Source: a virus
Taxonomy: Duplodnaviria > Caudoviricetes
DNA length: 63,550 bases
IMG/VR virus record: IMGVR_UViG_3300035201_000143
Span: 1-63,550 of that record
Direction: 5' to 3' (one strand)
Part shown: positions 52,011 through 62,381 of the stretch, piece after piece
How positions within the stretch are numbered: position 1 is the stretch's first letter
Layout: every line of letters begins with the position of its first letter
Translations under genes and position numbers: made by a program
The notes under the pieces: model-generated
Database searches by the model: none
What the model saw: the letters and a program-made list of their open reading frames with translations, nothing else
Told to the model about the DNA's origin: nothing

Positions 52011-53771
52011 TTAGAATTCGATTACTAGTTTGATGTCCTCAATTTGGTCAGCAGCTCTAGTAATCTGTCTTCTGTTCTCTATGTATACGATTTCGCCAGA
52101 GTTTGCAGCGATTTCGGGGGATGCTAGACCTCCTGTTAAAGCGATGCCTGACACGGTACCATTAGCACCTGTATCGATAGCTCCACTAGCAGTAGATGCT
52201 TGTCCTACAACAGCATTAGAAGCATTCGACTCGAATGCTCTTGCTACACCAGAATCACTATGTAACTCTGGAGATTGATAATACTTAAGGATACCTGATG
52301 CAGAATCCCAAGACACAACTTTACCGTATGCAGTACCACCAGTAACTGATTGGAAAATATCTTCGTCAACAGTATAATCTGATGTTGCTCCGTTAATCTT
52401 TAGTACAGATGTACCACGTAATGTTGAAGCAGAAGCATAGTTAGTTGTACCATAATCAAATGGGTCTTGAACGATACCGATACGACGGAAATCATTGTCT
52501 ACAGGGAAGTCACCTGAACCCTCATCATATGTCAAACGAATGTTTGTCATGACTCTCTTAGAGAATAGTTCATTCTCAGCGTCAGAACCATGTCCTCCAG
52601 TTGGAGAAATAACAACTTCGATTGAAGCTTTACCAGTAAATGCACTAGCAGCAGATGTAAGACCTGCGTCAGTGAATACTTTACCAGTCTCTAGAATTGT
52701 AGTTCCGTAAGTATATCCAGTACCTACTGCTTCCATTGATGCGCTTGTAATGGTTCCAGAACCATCTGTAGCAAACTTAACAATAGCAGCACTACCATCA
52801 CCGTATACTGGTGTATAAAGTGTTGCAGTAGCAGGAAGAGCACTTCCAGCATCTTCTACAACAGCTACATGAACACCACCATTAACTGCTTGACCTTCAA
52901 CAGTTACCCTACTTGCTTCAGTCTTCTCAACGATAGGTAAGAAGTCTGTAGAAAGGAATGAAAGAACATCTGCTGTAGGCAGAGTGAACATATGCTTCCA
53001 AATGTATCCAGCAGTACCAGAAGGTTCTGTATAGATTCCACTAGCAAATGCACCTTGTCCACCAGCAGGTTGAGACTTAGGCTCATAAGTAGCGTTTTGT
53101 CCAGTTGGATTAGCAGGACTTTCGCCGTTATAAAGACACTTAAAGACTTCGTAACTTGAGTTCATTACATAGAACTTACCGTCAGAAAGACTTGTTTGAC
53201 CAGTAGCAGTTGATTTACCAACAGCACCACCGCCACCTGGAGTAGGTGCGTATGATGGACGGTACATATCAAACTTAGGATTTAGTGAGATGTTCCAGTT
53301 ATAACGAGGAACAACTAGACGTGCAAATGGTCCTGTAATACGCTTGGCAGCAATCAGTTCATTATAAATTGCTAGTTTCTCGGAATAGTTATCAATTGGA
53401 GCAGGAGGTGCTTCTTCAGTAGCATACCTATAAACTCCAGACTTAGCAGTAGCACTTGAAGTACCACCAGTGATGGTAGTTCCAAATGAAGGTGTAGTTG
53501 TAGCAGTAGGAAGAACGTTATTAACCAGAATACTATTCTCATTAACCTCAGCAACTGTTGCTGACCATCCACCACCTGAAACAGTTTCACCTGCTGCAAA
53601 TGTACCTGATACATTGAATACTTCAATATAAGCATCCCATTTTGCAGATCTTCCTACGAAGAAATACATTCTAGTTCGAGCTGCATCCGCATCGTTTGCG
53701 CCTTCGCTCAATGACTCTAGGAATTGCTTCGCATTGAAGATCCTAAATTTTTCTGAAATAATAGCTGCCAT
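52011..53771 (-). CDS. gp8: Baseplate wedge subunit
   Basis: MAAIISEKFRIFNA..F, FYVMNSSYEVFKCLYN, GYIWK.MF, P.GGHG.D..EL, DFRRIGIV.DP and SGEIVYIENR..I.RA.DQ.EDIKLVIEF. Confidence 0.93.
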   Translation of the reverse strand: MAAIISEKFRIFNAKQFLESLSEGANDADAARTRMYFFVGRSAKWDAYIEVFNVSGTFAAGETVSGGGWSATVAEVNENSILVNNVLPTATTTPSFGTTITGGTSSATAKSGVYRYATEEAPPAPIDNYSEKLAIYNELIAAKRITGPFARLVVPRYNWNISLNPKFDMYRPSYAPTPGGGGAVGKSTATGQTSLSDGKFYVMNSSYEVFKCLYNGESPANPTGQNATYEPKSQPAGGQGAFASGIYTEPSGTAGYIWKHMFTLPTADVLSFLSTDFLPIVEKTEASRVTVEGQAVNGGVHVAVVEDAGSALPATATLYTPVYGDGSAAIVKFATDGSGTITSASMEAVGTGYTYGTTILETGKVFTDAGLTSAASAFTGKASIEVVISPTGGHGSDAENELFSKRVMTNIRLTYDEGSGDFPVDNDFRRIGIVQDPFDYGTTNYASASTLRGTSVLKINGATSDYTVDEDIFQSVTGGTAYGKVVSWDSASGILKYYQSPELHSDSGVARAFESNASNAVVGQASTASGAIDTGANGTVSGIALTGGLASPEIAANSGEIVYIENRRQITRAADQIEDIKLVIEF

Positions 53772-53812
53772 AGCACTGGTCTCTAAATGTTAAATTAAGA
53801 CTAAATCCGAGT

Positions 53813-53830
53813 TATTTATATTTATTTATA
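53813..53830 (-). promoter_or_regulatory. Three stacked late promoter boxes upstream of gp8
   Basis: TATAAATA 53823-53830, AATAAATA 53819-53826, TATAAATA 53813-53820. Confidence 0.7.
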
Positions 53831-56800
53831 GGGCGTTTCTGATGTACTCTCCAATGAGATGCTCCTCAATAGGAGAATTTTCTACGCCTCTCGTACATCC
53901 TGTAAAACGATCACTTAACTTGCCAGTGTAACTGATCTTCTCACGACCAACAAAGATTGTCCCTGTTGTATCGAAATTGGTTGTATTTGCATATACGATA
54001 GCACCTGTTGGTACATATCCACCACCACTAGCATCTGGCAAGTCTGCTGTGTTCAACTGACTTATATAGTAGTTGATTGATGGGTTAACAAAATTCCATT
54101 TGATGTTACCAACAAACTGCGTGTTTACCGCTTCGTTGATTTCACCAATAGTAAATCCCCACTTACTGATCTCTTCCAGTGTATACTCGGATACTGGAAT
54201 ACCACCTGTAGAAAGTACATCTCCTAGATCTAGTTGACCACCAACGGTGCTATAACTAACCCTATTAAATGTCTGTGGAGTTGGTCCTAAAATTGCGGAA
54301 CTATATGTGTTCTGATAAGCAAAATGATTATCAACAGCACCAGTTACGATATATTTAATCAATTGCTTATTGAAGTTGACATTAAATGTCGCAACAGATC
54401 TAATAGTTCTAGTTTTTTCAATTTCAATCTCTATAGAGGATCCCATAGGGGCAGAAGTGACTGAAGTTGGCCATGATCTAATGATCTCTTTATTAAAAAC
54501 AAATCCACCAAGATCAGCAACCAATTCGAATGTAGAAACAACTACTGGTTTATTAGTAACTAATCCTCCACTAGCTGGACCTCCAAGTAGAACATCACCA
54601 ATAACTTCAATACCCTTAATAGGAATAATTTCAGTTGTAACATTAGAAGGAGACTGTTTTAATAATGTAGTTGAGAATATTAATCCAACTAAACTATCAA
54701 TCTTTCTATCATTTCTCTTAATGATACTAAATCTCCTAGCAACACTAACTCTTGGTGTCTTAGTGTATCCAGAACCAGAACGTATTAATTTAATGTCAAC
54801 AATTTGACCCTTACTGACTATTACCTCAGCCTTTGCTCCACCACCAGCACCATCTTCAGGAACGAAGTGTAATACTGGAGGAGTAGCATATCCATATGCA
54901 GTAGTAGGTTCAATAATACCTTTTTCATAATATAATTGAAGACTCTTCTTATTCCATTCTATACTTGTTACTTTATCACCAGTAAGTGTACATGTAACAC
55001 TTAATCCAACACCATTAACATCTCCATTATAATTTGTAGTAGATACAGAACCAAAGAAGTTAGAAGATACTTCAGAACCAGATCTATAATCTTTAGGATT
55101 TACATATTTTGGTAATCCCTGTATATCTCTATAAGCATTCTCACCATCAATTTTAATCTTATCCCCTACATTCAAGTTCGCTATTAAATTCTTTGATTGA
55201 TAATATGCACTTTCTGCTTGTGTACTATCATATAACCATGCAGAAGCATTTCTCTGCATCTTGTAATTGTTATACTCATCCTTTTGATAAGAAAGTGTAC
55301 TAGGAACATCAACAGTTACTTCATTAATACCAGTAGAGAAGTATAATGCTTCGGAACCATTGAATAAAGGATTATTACCAGCAATGATTAATTTAACTGC
55401 TCTATCATTAAGTCTCTCAATAGTCTTAATCTCACCTATTGGATTTTTACGAGATCCATCCTTTTGATATACAAATCTAGAATTATCATAGTTTGTTTCA
55501 AACCAACTAAACAATGAACCAAATGTATTAGGATTAGTATCTGTAATTGTTAATTCTAATTTATTAAAATACTTACCAGGTTGGAAATCATGCAGAGTAA
55601 TTGTCTGTTGTACATCTCTACCATACAACAGCATAATTTCTACACTGTTCTTAGCAAATATCTTTCTTGTAAATCTTATAGCAGGTCCAGTGATAGTATA
55701 TGATTCGGTCTGTCTCTGTAATACACCATCAATAAAGACAAGTGCATAATCAGCATCATCTACTTTCTTAACCTCTTTAGTAGCACTATCAAGTAGAATG
55801 AAAGGACCAGCAGATCCATCCAATATACCAGAAGTTTCAATCTCACATCTGATATAGTTACCAATACCATGTAGAGCAATATTCTCTACTGCTAATGGTT
55901 CATATACAGTCTTAGTATTTGCTTCCTGACCCCAGATAGGTGCTCCAGAGAATACTATCTTATTTGGTGTTGTGGTTCTATCAATATGATAAGCAGAATC
56001 ATGTTGTACAACACCACTTATTGCAACTAAAAGATTCTCATTAGCGTCAGTTACTACCTCTTCACCATCATCATAATATAAGTCAAAGATTTTGTTTTCG
56101 TTATTAACGTAGTCAGGAAGAGAAGTTACAGCAGTTCCTGGACCTGTAACTAATGTTGATTTTAAATTCTCATACAATGAAATCAATGCAGATTCAACAT
56201 CTGCACATTTAGGATTACCTGAATCCACACGAATGTTAATATCAACAAATGGATCTAATGTAGTATATGTACCAGTAGGTAATATATTTCTCATTGCTAA
56301 TATAGCAAGATCCCTTGTCTTTTCATATGCTTTAATAGTTGGTTCAATTTCACCTGTAATGAAATCTAGAAGATCATTGTTATAATATGCTTCACCAGCA
56401 GCAATAGTTCTAGAGTTACCACCAAATCTTAAATCATGCTCTAATGCATCTACTACTAAACCAATATCTCTATGACATGTTGGACCTAACGTACCCCATG
56501 TAAGTGCTGGATACTCATTCTTAATCCAACCTAATGTTTCTGATTGAATATATGCTCTATTCATTGCTACTAAATTAGCAGCATCAATCCAAGTACCAGA
56601 TCTTTGATGTATATTTCTAAGTTTCTTAAGATACCTAGCATTCAATGTAGCAGTCTTAAATTCAAACCACCTACCATAGAACTTAACCTGTTCTATATTC
56701 TGTCCTTCATGTACTCTTGGACCTAATGGTGGTGATGAGAATGTAATATTATTACCATTGATAACATATGCTGAACCAGGTTCTTGTATAATACCATCAA

Positions 56801-59800
56801 GAGTAATAGTCAATGCTTGTGCATTATATGGTGTTACAGCATTACCAGCAGCATCTACAATAACAAATGTCTTTTGTCCTTCAAGGTTTCCTTTATCAGT
56901 AAAGGCACCAGTAAAATTAGAATTAAGATATATCTGTTTTGCTCTGACCTCTTCTGTAGAGAATGTATCACGTGATACAGAACCTAACCCTTGTTCTACT
57001 TTAAGTTGCTCAGTCCTAATAATAGAAGTACTGATTTGTTTCTTAGTACTAACAACAGTGATCTTATTCTTCTCTGGATCCCATAATTGAATCCTAGTAG
57101 AATGTCCACTAGATGTAGTGGGTGACATTCTGACATGTGCATCAGATTCAATAAGAACCTCACCAAATAACTGGAAACCAGCAGGGTGAGTAGTTTGCTT
57201 AATTAAATCTCTCCAAACATCAATTGAAGTCTTAGATTTAACAACATATGAATAATCTTGATAATAGTAAGTATCAGTAATCTTTTGATTAGATGAACTA
57301 ACTATACCTTGATCATCACTATATGATCCAAGATTATCAAAATATGTTTTAATCTCTGGTGTGAACTCAGTATATGAAACATTATCCAAAGTAGCAGTGT
57401 TTCCTTTAGCAAGACCAGTAATAATCAACTTTTCTCTAAAGAGACCAGATATATCTTTAACAGATAAAATATTAGATCCCTTTCTCCATGATGTAACTGT
57501 TCCTCTAGCAGTTTCTAAACCACCAATATGCTGAACTACAGTTTCACCAATTTTAAATGCATCAATATCAAAATTAGATAAAGTAAATACGTAATTTGAT
57601 CTGATAGTAGAACTTAACGTAGTATCACTGTGATAAGTACCACCATTGTTAATAATACGAATATTTCTAGGAACTCCTATATCAGAACTTGAAAGATATA
57701 CCTCAACATCACTTTCTACTATTCTAACTTCTGGAGCAACAGTATAACCAGATCCAGCATCAATTACAATAATACCAGTAATAACTCCAGCATCAGATAC
57801 TACATCTAATAATGCATTTCCTTCAACAATTGCTTTTGGTTTAGAATAATTTGATCCAGCAGTAACAACAGTTACACCACTAATAGAACCATTGTAGATG
57901 TCAGTCGTAGCAGTCGCTTTCAGCGTTTCTGTTGGGGCAACACCAACTACGATTGGAAGTTTCTTATATTCTCCACCGATGTTAATAACATTGATTGTAT
58001 CAATAGCACCAATAGAAAACTTAGACTCGGAAGTATATGTGGCAATTCCAGAACCGTCATGTGGTGCAGTTACGCCAGTGTCATATACAATAGAATCACT
58101 TGTTACAGCCAATGCTTTCTTTACACCCTGAAGAGGATCAGGTACAACATTCAAATAACCTGTCTCACGTGATGTAACGTTATTCCTATCAAAATAGAAA
58201 TACTTAGAATACCTTAATGGTACTTTTGTACTATAGGTGTTTGTAGCAACTCTTGCTCCAAATCCCAATTTAATATTAACAATATCACCAGAATCAACTT
58301 TCTCTGGAGTGTTTATGTTATAATTGATACTAGGAGATATATCAAACTCCCTGTCAGCCATTGAGGCATGAGATACATCAAAGTTATATCTATAGAATTC
58401 CTTAATGTTTAGTATGGGATTTCTCACAAAATTTATTTGATCTGTGGAAAACTCAAATACTTCAATTGGGGCAGAGACTTCAACAACTCTTACAAGTCTC
58501 TTATCATCACTTGTATCATAGAATACAGTACTTAGAGTAACAGCATTAATTGAAGTTAACGTTGAGTTATAATCCCATACAACTTGTGCTTTCTGAGTAA
58601 TTGGATCATATGTCTGTATGACTGCATCTCCAGCAAGTTCACCAATCTTATAACCTCTATCTAAAGTATAACCAGGAACATATAATTTAACTACTGCATC
58701 ATTATAATGATCTATAGCAATTGTTCCATTTTGTGCTCTAGTTACAGTTAGTACATTACCAGTCTTATTAATAACTTTTATAATTTCATCATCAATCTGA
58801 ATATAATCATCTTTAGTGAAACCTATAGCACTATCTACATTAACCTTAGTCTCAGTGAGTCCTAAACCGATATGATCTATCTCTAACTGTAGTACTGGTG
58901 TACTACTATCAGTCTTAGACAAATCACTGTCACCAACTGTAAGAATCTCAAATTTTTGATACCCAGTACCTTTATTCTTTAATGTAACATTTATTACACT
59001 GCCAGAAGGATCAACAACGAAGTCTGCTGTTGCATCAGTTCCAGTTCCACCCTTAAGAGCAATATCAGTATATGTACCAGCAGTATAATCTTCACCACCA
59101 TTTAGAATAGTAGTTCTACCAATACCTGTATCATTTATTGCTGTAGAAGCAACAGGTGACTGGAAAGTTACTTCCTGATATATCCTGCTTCTGACATACT
59201 GTGTAGTTGTAGTAAGACTATCATCAGGATTAATGTCAACATCGATATCATCACCAATACCAACACCATGACTACTAGTAGTCTTTAAGATCGCTGTATT
59301 GTTGTTGATAGTGAATACATTCAACCCAGAACTTAAAGATGTTACACTAATCAACTTAGAACCAACAGTATCAATCAAATTACTACTTCTAATGAAATAG
59401 TCATCAGTAACATTGTAATCTCCACTTGTTACTTTAACTTTAACTGTATTTTTACTTGTAGTACTTTCTAATACTTCTCCTACTGCAATAGTAGTAGCAA
59501 CCCCATCAGTATAACTTAAATTCGATCCTTTCGTATATGATGAGTTTTCATCCAATATTAAAGTTACTACTTTAGTATTAGAATATAATGGATCAGTAGT
59601 AGTGAATACACCATTCACACCTCTCAATGTAATTGTACTACCACTAAACACATCACCAACTATTTGACCAGTAGAACCAGTAGTTGATTGTGTTATAGTA
59701 TCTCCATCAAACAGATATGCAGTATTTGATAATTTTATTAGTAATGCTTTAGTCTTCTGTGATTCAATTGAATAAATTGGTTTTCCTTTTACAGAAGCAA

Positions 59801-62381
59801 CTTCAGCAGTAACACCATGTCCTTCAGTGTTTGAGTCATCAATCTCTAATGGAGACCCAACTGAGAATGTTGAGACACTAGATAATGCTTCTGCACTTGC
59901 AATGCTACCTCTTGTGACTTCATCTACTATAAGTGTAGTCTTATCACCATTCTTTTGTATATCACCAGTTCTTAATCGTTTTGATGTTTGAGGAATATCA
60001 CTATGACTTAATGACTGGACATAATTAGAATCTCTAGGAACTGCATAGTAGTTCTCACCAATGATATAAGGGAATACTGGAGTAGTACCATCAACTGTAA
60101 CAAAATATGCATATACACCATCAGGATACTCAGGTGTTAAACAGAATCTACCATTATTGTGATCTAGTGTTCCTCTCTTATGAGTATACTCATAATCTTC
60201 AAAGAATGTACCTAGAACATAAGTTGCAGTAGAAGGACCATTAGTTCTAGAACTCTTTAAAGAATAACTAGTGGTCATTTGTGTGACAGAGCTAGTAGCG
60301 TCTAGTGGGTCTGCATAACCATAGGCACCATATATGGGGTTGCCATCATAAGCATACCCCAGAATAGGACTATGGTTCGTACCGTTGTCGCCACTACGCA
60401 AAGCAGCAGGAACTGGATTTGTTTGAGTTGACTTATACCTATCGTGAGTCCAAGACAGTATAGATGCAAATGCATCAGCACCAGATCCAACAGGAATGAT
60501 GTCAACCTGAATATTAGCATCTGTATAACCACTACCAGCAGTAACTAAGTTACATGCAGTAATTTGACCATTATTAGATACCTCTGCTTTAAATTCCGCA
60601 AACCTACCCTTACCTGCCAAATCTAAGATCCTGATAACAGGTGGAGATGAATAATACTCACCTGGATTAGTTACCACCATACTGGTGATTGAACCATTGG
60701 TTATAACTGGAGTAACTACTGCGTTCCTACCAGAAAGTATCTCTATGGTAGGTATATCAGTGTAGGAGCCTGGTGTATCAACAATAACTGATTCGACTAC
60801 CTGACCTGCTAACTTAGTCCTTGCAAGACCAGATACACCCCCTACAAGAACAAATGGTTCCTTAGCGTATCCACTACCTCTTTGAAGAACATGAATCTCT
60901 TGAATTGGACCATTGAGTATACTGTCAGTGTATCTTGCACCCATAGCAAGACTACCATCAAGGAAGACACCAATGTCTTTATTGTTAGTCTTATAGATCT
61001 CAGTAGTTAACGTAGATTGTTTGGGAACAATACGTAACTGATTATTTGGTAATGCAATATAGTAATCATCACCATCATTGAAAATTGCTTTTATAGAACT
61101 TAGATCCCATCTTATATTATTAGATGAATCAAATATCTTTACATCAGTGTTAACAAAACCAGGATCTGATATCTCTAATTTTTCCCCAACATTAGCATAT
61201 GGGTTTGGACTAGTAGGAGATGCACTGTACAATACTCCTAAAATGAGTACGGAATTACTTCCTACCTTAACATCAGCAGCGTCATATACCAAATCACCAA
61301 TAGAATGTGAAGAAGCGGCAGATCTAGTCTTAATTGTAAACTGATCTATGGTCTTTTCTTCAAAAGTGAAGGTTTCGTTGTTAATAACGAACTTACCTTT
61401 GTCTTTCCACCCTAATGTAGAGAATACATCAACAACAGTACTTGAATTATCAATATCCGCAGTTAGAGTACTCTTTGATGATAATGTGAATGTTCCATTG
61501 ACACTTTCTTCCGCAAGTATCAATTCATACAAATCAATACCATCATGCCTTCCATTGAAAAGCACATTATCTATAACCGCCGAAGCGTAGGCCCCGTCTA
61601 CGTTTTGGACGATGCGTTTTCCAATAAATGACTCTGGAGTGCCAGAAAGGATTTTTGCCTTAAGTGAATAATTTTTTACCCAAGTAGACTCAGAAGACTT
61701 GATCGTCTGCTCTCTAGGATATTTTACTTCTGGTTGAGGATCATCTTTAACCAAGCATTTGAAGAGGAACTTGATTGATTGTGATGTACCCTTTGATTTA
61801 TAGAAATCTGCAATATTTTTGATCAAATTACGCTGATCAACGCTGTCGTTAAGAAAAGCAACAGGAAAGTCAGGTAGATACTGGGATTCGAAACTTTTTA
61901 CTAAAGCAAATAGAAAAAGATTACTTATATTGTATACTTTAGCAGGAACAGTGTGATCTGCTGCTTGAGTAGTAACAAATGTAGACTCCTTGTAGAGATC
62001 CCCCAGCTGGGTGTTACCTGAGACTCCCCTACTGACCTCTAGAAACTGTGTAGCTGATTTAGACTTATAGAAACATATCTCATCATCAACCTTCAAATAT
62101 CCACTATCAGGGAAACCACTGGTGTCCCCCACAGTTAGTGACACATCCGTTGATTGTAGAAACTGGGTTAACTGTGTATTCTGTTTTAGAACACCCTGCT
62201 CATAAAAATCGATATCACGATATGTTGTGAGATGATTCGCAATATCTAATGGTTGTCCTTGTAATTCTAACTGCTCATAGTACTTTTGTATGAACTTAGA
62301 AAACAGTTCATACTCCTCGCTGATAAACGAAGCGAGTTGACTCTCTATTAATAATGAGGTTTTTCTTGCAGTCTTTGGCAC
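53826..62381 (-). CDS. gp7: Baseplate wedge initiator-like protein (2851 aa)
   Basis: Lies between gp6 and gp8; IESQL..FI.EEY..F..F...YYE, IKNI.DFYKSKGT..S..FLF and D.YYYQDYSYVVKS..W...K...HPAG; GTG start overlaps the gp6 stop. Confidence 0.8.
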   Translation of the reverse strand: MPKTARKTSLLIESQLASFISEEYELFSKFIQKYYEQLELQGQPLDIANHLTTYRDIDFYEQGVLKQNTQLTQFLQSTDVSLTVGDTSGFPDSGYLKVDDEICFYKSKSATQFLEVSRGVSGNTQLGDLYKESTFVTTQAADHTVPAKVYNISNLFLFALVKSFESQYLPDFPVAFLNDSVDQRNLIKNIADFYKSKGTSQSIKFLFKCLVKDDPQPEVKYPREQTIKSSESTWVKNYSLKAKILSGTPESFIGKRIVQNVDGAYASAVIDNVLFNGRHDGIDLYELILAEESVNGTFTLSSKSTLTADIDNSSTVVDVFSTLGWKDKGKFVINNETFTFEEKTIDQFTIKTRSAASSHSIGDLVYDAADVKVGSNSVLILGVLYSASPTSPNPYANVGEKLEISDPGFVNTDVKIFDSSNNIRWDLSSIKAIFNDGDDYYIALPNNQLRIVPKQSTLTTEIYKTNNKDIGVFLDGSLAMGARYTDSILNGPIQEIHVLQRGSGYAKEPFVLVGGVSGLARTKLAGQVVESVIVDTPGSYTDIPTIEILSGRNAVVTPVITNGSITSMVVTNPGEYYSSPPVIRILDLAGKGRFAEFKAEVSNNGQITACNLVTAGSGYTDANIQVDIIPVGSGADAFASILSWTHDRYKSTQTNPVPAALRSGDNGTNHSPILGYAYDGNPIYGAYGYADPLDATSSVTQMTTSYSLKSSRTNGPSTATYVLGTFFEDYEYTHKRGTLDHNNGRFCLTPEYPDGVYAYFVTVDGTTPVFPYIIGENYYAVPRDSNYVQSLSHSDIPQTSKRLRTGDIQKNGDKTTLIVDEVTRGSIASAEALSSVSTFSVGSPLEIDDSNTEGHGVTAEVASVKGKPIYSIESQKTKALLIKLSNTAYLFDGDTITQSTTGSTGQIVGDVFSGSTITLRGVNGVFTTTDPLYSNTKVVTLILDENSSYTKGSNLSYTDGVATTIAVGEVLESTTSKNTVKVKVTSGDYNVTDDYFIRSSNLIDTVGSKLISVTSLSSGLNVFTINNNTAILKTTSSHGVGIGDDIDVDINPDDSLTTTTQYVRSRIYQEVTFQSPVASTAINDTGIGRTTILNGGEDYTAGTYTDIALKGGTGTDATADFVVDPSGSVINVTLKNKGTGYQKFEILTVGDSDLSKTDSSTPVLQLEIDHIGLGLTETKVNVDSAIGFTKDDYIQIDDEIIKVINKTGNVLTVTRAQNGTIAIDHYNDAVVKLYVPGYTLDRGYKIGELAGDAVIQTYDPITQKAQVVWDYNSTLTSINAVTLSTVFYDTSDDKRLVRVVEVSAPIEVFEFSTDQINFVRNPILNIKEFYRYNFDVSHASMADREFDISPSINYNINTPEKVDSGDIVNIKLGFGARVATNTYSTKVPLRYSKYFYFDRNNVTSRETGYLNVVPDPLQGVKKALAVTSDSIVYDTGVTAPHDGSGIATYTSESKFSIGAIDTINVINIGGEYKKLPIVVGVAPTETLKATATTDIYNGSISGVTVVTAGSNYSKPKAIVEGNALLDVVSDAGVITGIIVIDAGSGYTVAPEVRIVESDVEVYLSSSDIGVPRNIRIINNGGTYHSDTTLSSTIRSNYVFTLSNFDIDAFKIGETVVQHIGGLETARGTVTSWRKGSNILSVKDISGLFREKLIITGLAKGNTATLDNVSYTEFTPEIKTYFDNLGSYSDDQGIVSSSNQKITDTYYYQDYSYVVKSKTSIDVWRDLIKQTTHPAGFQLFGEVLIESDAHVRMSPTTSSGHSTRIQLWDPEKNKITVVSTKKQISTSIIRTEQLKVEQGLGSVSRDTFSTEEVRAKQIYLNSNFTGAFTDKGNLEGQKTFVIVDAAGNAVTPYNAQALTITLDGIIQEPGSAYVINGNNITFSSPPLGPRVHEGQNIEQVKFYGRWFEFKTATLNARYLKKLRNIHQRSGTWIDAANLVAMNRAYIQSETLGWIKNEYPALTWGTLGPTCHRDIGLVVDALEHDLRFGGNSRTIAAGEAYYNNDLLDFITGEIEPTIKAYEKTRDLAILAMRNILPTGTYTTLDPFVDINIRVDSGNPKCADVESALISLYENLKSTLVTGPGTAVTSLPDYVNNENKIFDLYYDDGEEVVTDANENLLVAISGVVQHDSAYHIDRTTTPNKIVFSGAPIWGQEANTKTVYEPLAVENIALHGIGNYIRCEIETSGILDGSAGPFILLDSATKEVKKVDDADYALVFIDGVLQRQTESYTITGPAIRFTRKIFAKNSVEIMLLYGRDVQQTITLHDFQPGKYFNKLELTITDTNPNTFGSLFSWFETNYDNSRFVYQKDGSRKNPIGEIKTIERLNDRAVKLIIAGNNPLFNGSEALYFSTGINEVTVDVPSTLSYQKDEYNNYKMQRNASAWLYDSTQAESAYYQSKNLIANLNVGDKIKIDGENAYRDIQGLPKYVNPKDYRSGSEVSSNFFGSVSTTNYNGDVNGVGLSVTCTLTGDKVTSIEWNKKSLQLYYEKGIIEPTTAYGYATPPVLHFVPEDGAGGGAKAEVIVSKGQIVDIKLIRSGSGYTKTPRVSVARRFSIIKRNDRKIDSLVGLIFSTTLLKQSPSNVTTEIIPIKGIEVIGDVLLGGPASGGLVTNKPVVVSTFELVADLGGFVFNKEIIRSWPTSVTSAPMGSSIEIEIEKTRTIRSVATFNVNFNKQLIKYIVTGAVDNHFAYQNTYSSAILGPTPQTFNRVSYSTVGGQLDLGDVLSTGGIPVSEYTLEEISKWGFTIGEINEAVNTQFVGNIKWNFVNPSINYYISQLNTADLPDASGGGYVPTGAIVYANTTNFDTTGTIFVGREKISYTGKLSDRFTGCTRGVENSPIEEHLIGEYIRNAL

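Noticed and set aside
51981-53790. Shared TTAGAGAC 7-8 nt upstream of the VrlC and gp8 start codons as an operator
   Set aside because: Only two short instances, adequately explained as weak Shine-Dalgarno-like sequence.
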